Counted from the first letter of the stretch, positions 12,001-27,000 are shown. The stretch: 64,000 bases of DNA from Eledone cirrhosa (GCA_964016885.1 OZ024745.1:13640001-13704000), one strand, 5' to 3'. Numbers and translations are program-made. The notes: generated from the letters alone by a model not told the origin.

Positions 12001-15000
12001 GGACATCAAGGAATAAACAGAGACACTCTCTCGTCCTGGTAAAAGAGGTGTAAGAACAGCACAGATTACTGGGGACATCAAGGAATAAACAGAGACACTC
12101 TCTCGTCCTGGTAAAAGAGGTGTAGGAAGAGCAGAGATGGCTGGGGACATCAAGGAATAAACAGAGACACTCTCTCGTCTTGGTAAAAGAGGTGTAGGAA
12201 GAGCAGAGTTTGCTGGGGACATCAAGGAATAAACAGAGACACTCTCTCGTCATGGTAAAAGAGGTATAGGGACAGCAGAGATTGTTGCGGACATCAAGGA
12301 ATAAACAGAGACACTCTCTCGTCCTGGTAAAAGAGGTGTAGGGACAGCAGAGATTGCTGGGGACATCAAGGAATAAACAGAGACACTCTCTCGTCCTGGT
12401 AAAAGAGGTGTAGGAACAGCAGATATTTCTGGAGACATCAAGGAATAAACAGATACACTCTCTCGTCCTGGTAAAAGAGGTGTAGGGAGAGCAAAGATTG
12501 CTGGGGACATCAAAGAATAAACAGAGACACTCTCTCGTCCTGGTAAAAGAGTTGTAGGGACAGTAGAGATTGCTGGGGACATCAAGGAATAAACAGAGAC
12601 ACTCTCTCGTCCTGGTAGAAGAGGTGTAGGAAGAGCAGAGATTGCTGGGGACATCAAGGAATAAACAGAGACACTCTCTCGTCCTGGTAAAAGAGGTGTA
12701 GTGACAGTAGAGATTGCTGGGGACATCAAGGAATAAAGAGAGACACTCTCTCCTCCTGGTAAAAGAGGTGTAGGAAGAGCAGAGATTGCTGGGGACATCA
12801 AGGAATAAACAGAGACACCCTCTCGTCCTGGTAAAAGAGGTGTAGGAAGAGCAGAGATTGCTGGGGACATCAAGGAATAAACAGAGACACTCTCTCGTCC
12901 TGGTAAAAGAGGTGTAGGGACAGCAGAGATTGTTGGGGACATCAAGGAATAAACAGAGACACTCTCTCGTCCTGGTAAAAGAGGTGTAGGAAGAGCAGAT
13001 ATTGCTGGGGACATCAAGGAATAAACAGAGACACTCTCTCGTCCTGGTAAAAGAGGTGTAGGAAGAGCAGAGATTGCTGGGGACATCAAGGAATAAACAG
13101 AGACACTCTCTCGTCCTGGTAGAAGAGGTGTAAGGACAGCAGAGATTGCTGGGGACATCAAGGAATAAACAGAGACACTCTCTCGTCCTGGTAAAAGAGG
13201 TGTAGGGACAGCAGAGATTGTTGGGGACATCAAGGAATAAACAGAGACACTCTCTCTTCCTGGTAGAAGAGTTGGAGGGACAGCAGAGATTGCTGGGGAC
13301 ATCAAGGAAAAAACAGAGACACTCACTCGTCCTGGTAAAAGAGGTGTAGGGACAGCAGAGATTGTTGGGGGACATCAAGGAATAAACAGAGACACTATCT
13401 CGTCCTGGTAGAAGAGTTGTAGGGACAGCAGAGATTGCTGGGGACATCAAGGAATAAACAGAGACACTCTCTCGTCCTGGTAGAAGAGTTGTAGGGACAG
13501 CAGAGATTGCTGGGGACATCAAGGAATAAACAGAGACACTCTCTCCTCCTGGTAAGAGAGGTGTAGGGACAGCAGAGATTGCTGGGGACATCAAGGAATA
13601 AACAGAGACACTCTCTCGTCCTGGTAAAAGAGGTGTAGGCACAGCAGAGATTGCTGGGGACATCAAGGAATAAACAGAGGCACTCTCTCGTCCTGGTAAA
13701 AGAGGTGTAGGAAGAGCAGAGATTGCTGGGGACATCAAGGAATAAACAGAGACACTCTCTCGTCCTGGTAAAAGAGGTGTAGGAAGAGCAGAGATTGCTG
13801 GGGACATCAAGGAATAAACAGAGACACTCTCTCATCCTGGTAAAAGAGGTGTAGGAAGAGCAGAGTTTGCTGGGGACATCAAGGAATAAACAGAGACACT
13901 CTCTCGTCCTGGTAAAAGAGGTGTAGGAAGAGCACAGATTGCTGGGGACATCAAGGAATAAACAGATACACTCTCTCGTCCTGGTAAAAGGGGTGTAGGG
14001 ACAGCAGAGATTGCTGGGGACATCAAGGAATAAACAGAGACAATCTCTCGTCCTGGTAAAAGAGGTGTAGGGACAGTAGATATTGCTGGGGACATCAAGG
14101 AATAAACAGAGACACTCTCTCGTCCTGGTAAAAGAGGTGTATGGACAGCAGAGATTGCTGGGGACATCAAGGAATAAACAGAGACACTCTCTCGTCCTGC
14201 TAAAAGAGGTGTAGGGACAGCAGAGATTGCTGGGGACATCAAGGAATAAACAGAGACACTCTCTCGTCCTGGTAAAAGAGGTGTAGGAAGAGCAGATATT
14301 GCTGGGGACATCAAGGAATAAACAGAGACACTCTCTCGTCCTGGTAAAAGAGGTGTAGGGACAGCAGAGATTGCTGGGGACATCAAAGAATAAACAGAGA
14401 CACTCTCTCGTCCTGGTAACAGAGTTGTAGGGACAGTAGAGATTGCTGGGGACATCAAGGAATAAACAGAGACACTCTCTCGACCTGGTAAAAGAGGTGT
14501 AGGAAGAGCAGAGATTGCTGGGGACATCAAGGAATAAACAGAGACACTCTCTCGTCCTGGTAAAAGAGGTGTAGGAAGAGCAGAGATTGCTGGGGACATC
14601 AAGGAATAAACAGAGACACTCTCTCGTCCTGGTAAAAGAGGTGTAGGAAGAGCAGAGATTGCTGGGGACATCAAGGAATAAACAGAGACACTCTCTCATC
14701 CTGGTAAAAGAGGTGTAGGGACAGCAGAGATTGTTGGGGACATCAAGGAATGAACAGAGACACTCTCTCGTCCTGGTAAAAGAGGTGTAGGGACACCAGA
14801 CATTGCTGGGGACATCAAGGAATAAACAGAGACACTCTCTCGTCCTGGTAAAAGAGGTGTAGGAAGAGCAGAGATTGTTGGGGACATCAAGGAATAAACA
14901 GAGACACTCTCTCGTCCTGGTAAAAGAGGTGTAGGGACAGCAGAGATTGCTGGGGACATCAAGGAATAAGCAGAGAGACTCTCTCGTCCTGGTAAAAGAG

Positions 15001-18000
15001 GTGTAGGAAGCGCAGAGATTGCTGGGGACATCAAGGAATAAACAGAGACACTCTCTCGTCCTGGTAAAAGAGGTGTAAGAACAGCACAGATTACTGGGGA
15101 CATCAAGGTATAAACAGAGACACTCTCTCGTCCTGGTAAAAGAGGTGTAGGAAGAGCAGAGATTGCTGGGGACATCAAGGAATAAACAGAGACACTCTCT
15201 CGTCCTTGTAAAAGAGGTGTAGGGACAGCACAGATTGCTGGGGACATCAAGGAATAAACAGAGACACTCTCTCGTCCTGGTAAAAGAGGTGTAAGAACAG
15301 CACAGATTACTGGGGACATCAAGGAATAAACAGAGACACTCTCTCGTCCTGGTAAAAGAGGTGTAGGAAGAGCAGAGATTGTTGGGGACATCAAGGAATA
15401 AACAGAGACACTCTCTCGTCCTGGTAAAAGAGGTGTAGGAACAGCAGAGATTGCTGGGGACATCAAGGAATAAACAGAGACACTCTCTCGTCCTGGTAAA
15501 AGAGGTGTAGGGATAGTAGATATTGCTGGGGACATCAAGGAATAAACAGAGACACTCTCTCGTCCTGGTAAAAGAGGTGTAAGGACAGCAGAGATCGCTG
15601 GGGACATCAAGGAATAAACAGAGACACTCTCTCGTCCTGGTGGTAAAAGAGGTGTAGGAAGAGCAGAGATGGCTGGGGACATCAAGGAATAAACAGAGAC
15701 ACTCTCTCGTCTTGGTAAAAGAGGTGTAGGAAGAGCAGAGTTTGCTGGGGACATCAAGGAATAAACAGAGACACTCTCTCGTCCTGGTAAAAGAGGTATA
15801 GGGACAGCAGAGATTGTTGCGGACATCAAGGAATAAACAGAGACACTCTCTCGTCCTGGTAAAAGAGGTGTAGGAACAGCAGAGATTGCTGGGGACATCA
15901 AGGAATAAACAGAGACACTCTCTCGTCCTGGTAAAAGAGGTATAGGAACAGCAGATATTTCTGGGGACATCAAGGAATAAACAGATACACTCTCTCGTCC
16001 TGGTAAAAGAGGTGTAGGGAGAGCAAAGATTGCTGGGGACATCAAGGAATAAACAGAGACACTCTCTCTTCCTGGTAAAAGAGGTGTAGGGACAGCAGAG
16101 ATTGCTGGGGACATCAAAGAATAAACAGAGACACTCTCTCGTCCTGGTAAAAGAGTTGTAGGGACAGTAGAGATTGCTGGGGACATCAAGGAATAAACAG
16201 AGACACACTCTCTTCCTGGTAAAAGAGGTGTAGTGACAGTAGAGATTGCTGGGGACATCAAGGAATAAACAGAGACACTCTCTCCTCCTGGTAAAAGAGG
16301 TGTAGGGACAGCAGATATTTCTGGGGACATCAAGGAATAAACAGAGACACACTCTCTTCCTGGTAAAAGAGGTGTAGTGACAGTAGAGATTGCTGGGGAC
16401 ATCAAGAAATAAACAGAGACACTCTCTCCTCCTGGTAAAAGAGGTGTAGGAAGAGCAGAGATTGCTGGGGAAATCAAGGAATAAACAGAGACACCCTCTC
16501 GTCCTGGTAAAAGAGGTGTAGGAAGAGCAGAGATTGCTGGGGACATCAAGGAATAAACAGAGACACTCTCTCGTCCTGGTAAAAGAGGTGTAGGGACAGC
16601 AGAGATTGTTGGGGACATCAAGGAATAAACAGAGACACTCTCTCGTCCTGGTAAAAGAGGTGTAGGGACAGCAGATATTGCGGGGGACATCAAGGAATAA
16701 ACAGAGACACTCTCTCGTCCTGGTAAAAGAGGTGTAGGAACAGCAGAGATTGCTGGGGACATCAAGGAATAAACAGATACACTCTCTCGTCCTGGTAAAA
16801 GAGGTGTAGGGACAGCAGAGATTGCTGGGGACATCAAGGAATAAACAGAGACACTCCCTCGTCCTGGTAAAAGAGGTGTAGGGACAGCAGAGTTTGCTGG
16901 GGACATCAAGGAATAAACAGAGACACTCTCGTCCTGGTAAAAGAGGTGTAGTGACAGTAGAGATTGCTGGGGACATCAAGGAATAAACAGAGACACTCTC
17001 TCCTCCTGGTAAAAGAGGTGAAGGAAGAGCAGAGATTGCTGGGCACATCAAGGAATAAACAGAGACACTCTCTGGTCCTGGTAAAAGAGGTGTAGGAAGA
17101 GCAAAAATTGCTGGGGACGTCAAGGAATAGACAGATACACTCTCTCGTCCTGGTAAAAGGGGTGTAGGGACAGCAGAGATTGCTGGGGACATCAAGGAAT
17201 AAACAGAGACACTCTCTCGTCCTGGTAAAAAAAAAGTGTAGGGACAGTAGAGATTGCTGGGGACATCAATGAATAAACAGAGACACTCTCTCGTCCTGGT
17301 AAAAGAGGTATAGGGACAGCAGAGATTGTTGCGGACATCAAGGAATAAACAGAGACACTCTCTCGTCCTGGTAAAAGAGGTGTAGGGACAGCAGAGATTG
17401 CTGGGGACATCAAGGAATAAACAGAGACACTCTCTCGTCCTGGTAAAAGAGGTATAGGAACAGCAGATATTTCTGGGGACATCAAGGAATAAACAGATAC
17501 ACTCTCTCGTCCTGGTAAAAGAGGTGTAGTGACAGTAGAGATTGCTGGGGACATCAAGGAATAAACAGAGACACTCTCTCCTCCTGGTAAAAGAGGTGAA
17601 GGGAGAGCAGAGATTGCTGGGCACATCAAGGAATAAACAGAGACACTCTCTCGTCCTGGTAAAAGAGGTGTAGGAAGAGCAAAAATTGCTGGGGACGTCA
17701 AGGAATAGACAGATACACTCTCTCGTCCTGGTAAAGGGGTGTAGGGACAGCAGAGATTGCTGGGGACATCAAGGAATAAACAGAGACACTCTCTCGTCCT
17801 GGTAAAAAAAAGGTGTAGGGACAGTAGAGATTGCTGGGGACATCAATGAATAAACAGAGACACTCTCTCGTCCTGGTAAAAGAGGTATAGGGACAGCAGA
17901 GATTGTTGCGGACATCAAGGAATAAACAGAGACACTCTCTCGTCCTGGTAAAAGAGGTGTAGGGACAGCAGAGATTGCTGGGGACTTCAAGGAATAAACA

Positions 18001-21000
18001 GAGACACTCTCTCGTCCTGGTAAAAGAGGTATAGGAACAGCAGATATTTCTGGGGACATCAAGGAATAAACAGATACACTCTCTCGTCCTGGTAAAAGAG
18101 GTGTAGGGAGAGCAAAGATTGCTGGGGACATCAAGGAATAAACAGAGACACTCTCTCGTCCTGGTAAAAGAGGTGTAGGAAGAGCAGAGATTGCTGGTGA
18201 CATCAAGGAATAAACAGAGATACACTCTCGTCCTGGTAAAAGAGGTGTAGGAAGAGCAAAGATTGCTGGCGACATCAAGGAATAAACAGAGAAACTCTCT
18301 CTTCCTGGTAAAAGAGGTGTAGGGACAGCAGAGATTGCTGGGGACATCAAAGAATAAACAGAGACACTCTCTCGTCCTGGTAAAAGAGTTGTAGGGACAG
18401 TAGAAATTGCTGGGGACATCAAGGAATACACAGAGACACTCTCTCGTCCTGGTAGAAGAGGTGTAGGAAGAGCAGAGATTGCTGGGGACATCAAGGAATA
18501 AACAGAGACACTCTCTCGTCCTGGTAAAAGAGGTGTAGTGACAGTAGAGATTGCTGGGGACATCAAGGAATAAACAGAGACACTCTCTCCTCCTGGTAAA
18601 AGAGGTGTAGGAAGAGCAGAGATTGCTGGGTACATCAAGGAATAAACAGAGACACCCTCTCGTCCTGGTAAAAGAGGTGTAGGAAGAGCAGAGATTGCTG
18701 GGGACATCAAGGAATAAACAGAGACACTCTCTCGTCCTGGTAAAAGAGGTGCAGGGACAGCAGAGATTGTTGGGGACATCAAGGAATAAACAGAGACACT
18801 CTCTCGTCCTGGTAAAAGAGGTGTAGGGACAGCAGATATTGCGGGGGACATCAAGGAGTAAACAGAGACACTCTCTCGTCCTGGTAAAAGAGGTGTAGGA
18901 ACAGCAGAGATTGCTGGGGACATCAAGGAATAAACAGATACACTCTCTCGTCCTGGTAAAAGAGGTGTAGGGACAGCAGATATTGCTGGGGACATCAAGG
19001 AATAAACAGAGACACTCTCTCGTCCTGGTAAAAGAGGTGTAGGGACAGCAGTGTTTGCTGGGGACATCAAGGAATAAACAGGGACACTCTCTCGTCCTGG
19101 TAAAAGAGGTGTAGGGACAGCAGAGATTGCTGGGGACATCAAGGAATAAACAGATACACTCTCTCGTCCTGGTAAAAAAAAGGTGTAGGGACAGCAGAGA
19201 TTGCTGGGGACATCAAGGAATAAACAGAGACACTCTCGTCCTGGTAAAAGAGGTGTAGTGACAGTAGAGATTGCTGGGGACATCAAGGAATAAACAGAGA
19301 CACTCTCTCCTCCTGGTAAAAGAGGTGAAGGAAGAGCAGAGATTGCTGGGCACATCAAGGAATAAACAGAGACACTCTCTCGTCCTGGTAAAAGAGGTGT
19401 AGGAAGAGCAAAAATTGCTGGGGACGTCAAGGAATAGACAGATACACTCTCTCGTCCTGGTAAAAGGGGTGTAGGGACAGCAGAGATTGCTGGGGACATC
19501 AAGGAATAAACAGAGACACTCTCTCGTCCTGGTAAAAAAAAGGTGTAGGGACAGTAGAGATTGCTGGGGACATCAAGGAATAAACAGAGACACTCTCTCG
19601 TCCTGGTAAAAAAGGTGTAGGGACAGTAGAGATTGCTGGGGACATCAAGGAATAAACAGAGACACTCTCTCGTCCTGGTAAAAGAGGTGTAGGGACAGCA
19701 GAGATTGCTGGGGACATCAAGGAATAAACAGAAACACTCTCTCCTCCTGGTAAAAGAGGTGTAGGAAGAGCAGAGATTGCTGGGGACATCAAGGAATAAA
19801 CAGAGACACACTCTCGTCCTGGTAAAAGAGGTGTAGGAAGAGCAAAGATTGCTGGGGACATCAAGGAATAAACATAGACACTCACTCGTCCTGGTAAAAG
19901 AGGTGTGGGGACAGTAGAGATTGCTGGGGACATCAAGGAATAAACAGAGACACTCTCTCGTCCTGGTAAAAGAGGTGTATGGACAGCAAAGATTGCTGGG
20001 GACATCAAGGAATAAACAGAGACACTCTCTCGTCCTGGTAAAAGAGGTGTAGGAAGAGCAAAAATTGCTGGGGACATCAAGGAATAAGCAGAGACACTCT
20101 CTTGTCCTGGTAAAAGAGGTGTGGGACAGTAGAGATTGCTGGGGACATTAAGGAATAAACAGAGACACTCTCTCGTCCTGGTAAAAGAGGTGTAGGGACA
20201 GCAGAGATTGCTGGGGACATCAAGGAATAAACAGAGACACTCTCTCGTCCTGGTAAAAGAGGTGTAGGAAGAGCAAAGATAGCTGGGGACATCAAGGAAT
20301 AAACAGAGACACTCTCTCGTCCTGGTAAAAGAGGTGTAGGAAGAGCAGAGATTGCTGGGGACATCAAGGAATAAACAGAGACACTCTCTCGTCCTGGTAA
20401 AAGAGGTGTAGGGACAGCAGAGATTGTTGGGGACATCAAGGAATAAACAGAGACACTCTCTCGTCCTGGTAAAAGAGGTGTAGGGACAGCAGATATTGCG
20501 GGGGACATCAAGGAATAAACAGAGACACTCTCTCGTCCTGGTAAAAGAGGTGTAGGAACAGCAGAGATTGCTGGGGACATCAAGGAATAAACAGATACAG
20601 TCTCTCGTCCTGGTAAAAGAGGTGTAGGGACAGCAGAGATTGCTGGGGACATCAAGGAATAAACAGATACACTCTCTCGTCCTGGTAAAAGAGGTGTAGT
20701 GACAGTAGAGATTGCTGGGGACATCAAGGAATAAACAGAGACACTCTCTCGTCCTGGTAAAAGAGGTGTAGGGACAGCAGAGTTTGCTGGGGACATCAAG
20801 GAATAAACAGGGACACTCTCTCGTCCTGGTAAAAGAGGTGTAGGGACAGCAGAGATTGCTGGGGACATCAAGGAATAAACAGATACACTCTCTCGTCCTG
20901 GTAAAAAAAAGGTGTAGGGACAGCAGAGATTGCTGGGGACATCAAGGAATAAACAGAGACACTCTCGTCCTGGTAAAAGAGGTGTAGTGACAGTAGAGAT

Positions 21001-24000
21001 TGCTGGGGACATCAAGGAATAAACAGAGACACTCTCTCCTCCTGGTAAAAGAGGTGAAGGAAGAGCAGAGATTGCTGGGCACATCAAGGAATAAACAGAG
21101 ACACTCTCTCGTCCTGGTAAAAGAGGTGTAGGAAGAGCAAAAATTGCTGGGGACGTCAAGGAATAGACAGATACACTCTCTCGTCCTGGTAAAAGGGGTG
21201 TAGGGACAGCAGAGATTGCTGGGGACATCAAGGAATAAACAGAGACACTCTCTCGTCCTGGTAAAAAAAAGGTGTAGGGACAGTAGAGATTGCTGGGGAC
21301 ATCAAGGAATAAACAGAGACACTCTCTCGTCCTGGTCAAAAAGGTGTAGGGACAGTAGAGATTGCTGGGGACATCAAGGAATAAACAGAGACACTCTCTC
21401 GTCCTGGTAAAAGAGGTGTAGGGACAGCAGAGATTGCTGGGGACATCAAGGAATAAACAGAAACACTCTCTCCTCCTGGTAAAAGAGGTGTAGGAAGAGC
21501 AGAGATTGCTGGGGACATCAAGGAATAAACAGAGACACACTCTCGTCCTGGTAAAAGAGGTGTAGGAAGAGCAAAGATTGCTGGGGACATCAAGGAATAA
21601 ACATAGACACTCACTCGTCCTGGTAAAAGAGGTGTGGGGACAGTAGAGATTGCTGGGGACATCAAGGAATAAACAGAGACACTCTCTCGTCCTGGTAAAA
21701 GAGGTGTATGGACAGCAAAGATTGCTGGGGACATCAAGGAATAAACAGAGACACTCTCTCGTCCTGGTAAAAGAGGTGTAGGAAGAGCAAAAATTGCTGG
21801 GGACATCAAGGAATAAGCAGAGACACTCTCTTGTCCTGGTAAAAGAGGTGTGGGACAGTAGAGATTGCTGGGGACATTAAGGAATAAACAGAGACACTCT
21901 CTCGTCCTGGTAAAAGAGGTGTAGGGACAGCAGAGATTGCTGGGGACATCAAGGAATAAACAGAGACACTCTCTCGTCCTGGTAAAAGAGGTGTAGGAAG
22001 AGCAAAGATTGCTGGGGACATCAAGGAATAAACAGAGACACTCTCTCGTCCTGGTAAAAGAGGTGTAGGAAGAGCAGAGATTGCTGGGGACATCAAGGAA
22101 TAAACAGAGACACTCTCTCGTCCTGGTAAAAGATGTGTAGGAAGAGCAAAGATTGCTGGGGACATCAAGGAATAAACAGAGACACTCTCTCGTCCTGGTA
22201 AAAGAGGTGTAGGGACAGTAGATATTGCTGGGGACATCAAGGAATAAACAGAGACACTCTCTCGTCCTGGTAAAAGAGGTGTAGGGACAGTAGAGATTGC
22301 TGGGGACATCAAGGAATAAACAGAGACACTCTCTCGTCCTGGTAAAAGAGGTGTAGGGACAGCAGAGATTGCTGGGAACATCAAGGAATAAACAGAGACA
22401 CTCTCTCGTCCTGGTAAAAGAGGTGGAGGAAGAGCAGAGATTGCTGGGGACATCAATGAATAAACAGAGACACTCTCTCGTCCTGGTAAAAGAGGTGTAG
22501 GAAGAGCAGAGATTGCTGGGGACATCAAGGAATAAACAGAGACACTATCTCGTCCTGGTAAAAGAGGTGTAGGAAGAGCAGAGATTGCTGGGGACATCAA
22601 GGAATAAACAGAGACACTCTCTCGTCCTGGTAAAAGAGGTGTAGGGACAGCAGAGATTGCTGGGGACATCAAGGAATAAACAGAGACACTCTCTCGTCCT
22701 GGTAAAAGAGGTGTAGGAAGAGCAGACATTGCTGGGGACATCAAGGAATAAACAGAGACACTCTCTCGTCCTTGTAAAAGAGGTGTAGGAAGAGCAAAGA
22801 TTGCTGGGGCCATCAAGGAATAAACAGAGACACTCTCTCGTCCTGGTAAAAGAGGTGTAGGAAGAGCAAAGATTGCTGGGGACATCAAGGAATAAACAGA
22901 GACACTCTCTCGTCCTGGTAGAAGAGGTGTAGGAAGAGCAGAGATTGCTGGGGACATCAAGGAATAGACAGAGACACTCTCTCGTTCTTGTAAAAGAGGT
23001 GAAGGAAGAGCAAAGATTGCTGGGGACATCAAGGAATAAACAGAGACACTCTCTCGTCCTGGTAAAAGGGGTGTAGGGACAGCAGAGATTGCTGGGGACA
23101 TCAAGGAATAAACAGAGACACTCTCTCGTCCTGGTAAAAAAAGGTGTAGGGACAGCAGAGATTGCTGGGGACATCAAGGAATAAACAGAAACACTCTCTC
23201 CTCCTGGTAAATGAGGTGTAGGAAGAGCAGAGATTGCTGGGGACATCAAGGAATAAACAGAGACACTCTCTCGTCTTGTAAAAGATGTGTAGGAAGAGAA
23301 AAGATTGCTGGGGACATCAATGAATAAACAGAGACACTCTCTCGTCCTGGTAAAAGAGGTGTAGGGACAGTAGAGTTTGCTGGGGACATCAAGGAATAAA
23401 CAGAGACGCTCTCTCGTCCTGGGAAAAGAGGTGTAGGAAGAGCAACGATTGCTGGGGACATCAAGGAATAAACAGAGACACTCTCTCGTCTGGTAAAAGA
23501 GGTGTAGGAAGAGCAGAGATTGCTGGGGACATCAAGGAATAAACAGAGACACTCTCTCGTCCTGGTAAAAGAGATGTAGGAAGAGCAAAGATTGCTGGGG
23601 ACATCAAGGAATAAACAGAGACACTCTCTCGTCCTGGTAAAAGAGGTGTAGGGACAGTAGAGATTGCTGGGGACATCAAGGAATAAACAGAGACACTCTC
23701 TCGTCCTGGTAAAAGAGGTGTAGGGACAGCAGATATTGCTGGGGACATCAAGGAATAGACAGAGACACTCTCTCGTCCTGGTAAAAGTGGTGTAGGGACA
23801 GTAGAGATTACTGGGGACATCAAGGAATAAACAGAGACACTCTCTCGTTCTGGTAAAAGAGGTGTAGGGACAGTAGAGATTGCTTGGGACATCAAGGAAT
23901 AAACAGAAACACTCTCTCCTCCTGGTAAATGAGGTGTAGGAAGAGCAGAGATTGCTGGGGACATCAAGGAATAAACAGAGACACTCTCTCGTCTTGTAAA

Positions 24001-27000
24001 AGATGTGTAGGAAGAGAAAAGATTGCTGGGGACATCAATGAATAAACAGAGACACTCTCTCGTCCTGGTAAAAGAGGTGTAGGGACAGCAGAGATTGCTG
24101 AGTACATCAAGGAATAAACAGAGACACTCTCTCGTCCTGGTAAAAGAGGTGTAGGAAGAGCAGAGATTGCTGGGGACATCAAGGAATAAACAGAGACACT
24201 CTCTCGTCCTGGTAAAAGAGGTGTAGGAAGAGCAAAGATTGCTGGGGACATCAAGGAATAAACAGAGACACTCTCTCGTCCTGGTAAAAGAGGTGTAGGG
24301 ACAGTAGAGTTTGCTGGGGACATCAAGGAATAAACAGAGACGCTCTCTCGTCCTGGTAAAAGAGGTGTAGGAAGAGCAACGATTGCTGGGGACATCAAGG
24401 AATAAACAGAGACACTCTCTCGTCTGGTAAAAGAGGTGTAGGAAGAGCAGAGATTGCTGGGGACATCAAGGAATAAACAGAGACACTCTCTCGTCCTGGT
24501 AAAAGAGATGTAGGAAGAGCAAAGATTGCTGGGGACATCAAGGAATAAACAGAGACACTCTCTCGTCCTGGTAAAAGAGGTGTAGGGACAGCAGAGATTG
24601 CTGGGGACATCAAGGAATAAACAGAGACACTCTCTCGTCCTGGTAAAAGAGGTGTAGGGACAGCAGATATTGCTGGGGACATCAAGGAATAGACAGAGAC
24701 ACTCTCTCGTCCTGGTAAAAGAGGTGTAAGGACAGCAGAGATTGCTGGGGACATCAAGGAATAAACAAAGACAATCTCTCGTCCTGGTAAAAGAGCTGTA
24801 GGGACAGCAGAGATTGCTGGGGACATCAAGGAATAAACAGAGACACTCTCTCGTCCTGGTAAAAGAGGTGTAAGAACAGCACAGATTACGGGGGACATCA
24901 AGGAATAAACAGAGACACTCTCTCGTCCTGGTAACAGAGGTGTAGGAAGAGCAGAGATTGCTGGGGACATCAAGGAATAAACAGAGACACTCTCTCGTCC
25001 TGGTAAAAAAAGGTGTAGGGACAGCAGAGATTGCTGGGGACATCAAGGAATAAGCAGAGACACTCTCTCGTCCTGGTAAAAGTGGTGTAGGGACAGTAGA
25101 GATTACTGGGGACATCAAGGAATAAACAGAGACACTCTCTCGTTCTGGTAAAAGAGGTGTAGGGACAGTAGAGATTGCTTGGGACATCAAGGAATAAACA
25201 GAAACACTCTCTCCTCCTGGTAAATGAGGTGTAGGAAGAGCAGAGATTGCTGGGGACATCAAGGAATAAACAGAGACACTCTCTCGTCCTGGTAAAAGAG
25301 GTGTATGGACAGCAAAGATTGCTGGGGACATCAAGGAATAAACAGAGACACTCTCTCGTCCAGGTAAAAGAGGTGTAGGAAGAGCAAAAATTGCTGGGGA
25401 CATCAAGGAATAAACAGAGACACTCTCTCGTCCTGGTAAAAGAGGTGTGGGGGCAGTAGAGATTGCTGGGGACATTAAGGAATAAACAGAGACACTCTCT
25501 CGTCCTGGTAAAAGAGGTGTAGGGACAGCAGAGATTGCTGGGGACAACAAGGAATAAACAGAGACACTCTCTCGTCCTGGTAAAAGAGGTGTAGGAAGAG
25601 CAAAGATTGCTGGGGACATCAAGGAATAAACAGAGACACTCTCTCGTCCTGGTAAAAGAGATGTAGGAAGAGCAGAGATTGCTGGGGACATCAAGGAATA
25701 AACAGAGACACTCTCTCGTCTTGTAAAAGATGTGTAGGAAGAGAAAAGATTGCTGGGGACATCAATGAATAAACAGAGACACTCTCTCGTCCTGGTAAAA
25801 GAGGTGTAGGGACAGTAGAGATTGCTGGGGACATCAAGGAATAAACAGAGACACTCTCTCGTCCTGGTAAAAGAGGTGTAGGGACAGCAGAGATTGCTGA
25901 GTACATCAAGGAATAAACAGAGACACTCTCTCGTCCTGGTAAAAAAGGTGTAGGAAGAGCAGAGATTGCTGGGGACATCAAGGAATAAACAGAGACACTC
26001 TCTCGTCCTGGTAAAAGAGGTGTAGGAAGAGCAGAGATTGCTGGGGACATCAAGGAATAATGAGAGACACTCTCTCGTCCTGGTAAAAGAGGTGTAGGAA
26101 GAGCAAAGATTGCTGGGGACATCAAGGAATAAACAGAGACACTCTCTCGTCCTGGTAAAAGAGGTGTAGGGACAGTAGAGTTTGCTGGGGACATCATGGA
26201 ATAAACAGAGACGCTCTCTCGTCCTGGTAAAAGAGGTGTAGGAAGAGCAACGATTGCTGGGGACATCAAGGAATAAACAGAGACACTCTCTCGTCTGGTA
26301 AAAGAGGTGTAGGAAGAGCAGAGATTGCTGGGGACATCAAGGAATAAACAGAGACACTCTCTCGTCCTGGTAAAAGAGATGTAGGAAGAGCAAAGATTGC
26401 TGGGGACATCAAGGAATAAACAGAGACACTCTCTCGTCCTGGTAAAAGAGGTGTAGGGACAACAGAGATTGCTGGGGACATCAAGGAATAAACAGAGACA
26501 CTCTCTCGTCCTGGTAAAAGAGGTGTAGGGACAGCAGATATTGCTGGGGACATCAAGGAATAGACAGAGACACTCTCTCGTCCTGGTAAAAGAGGTGTAA
26601 GGACAGCAGAGATTGCTGGGGACATCAAGGAATAAACAAAGACAATCTCTCGTCCTGGTAAAAGAGCTGTAGGGACAGCAGAGATTGCTGGGGACATCAA
26701 GGAATAAACAGAGACACTCTCTCGTCCTGGTAAAAGAGGTGTAAGATCAGCTCAGATTACGGGGGACATCAAGGAATAAACAGAGACACTCTCTCGTCCT
26801 GGTAACAGAGGTGTAGGAAGAGCAGAGATTGCTGGGGACATCAAGGAATAAACAGAGACACTCTCTCGTCCTGGTAAAAGAGGTGTAGGAAGAGCAGAGA
26901 TTGCTGGGGACATCAAGGAATAAAGAGAGACACTCTCTCGTCCTGGTAAAAGAGGTGTAGGGACAGCAGAGATTGCTGGGGACATCAAGGAATAAACAGA

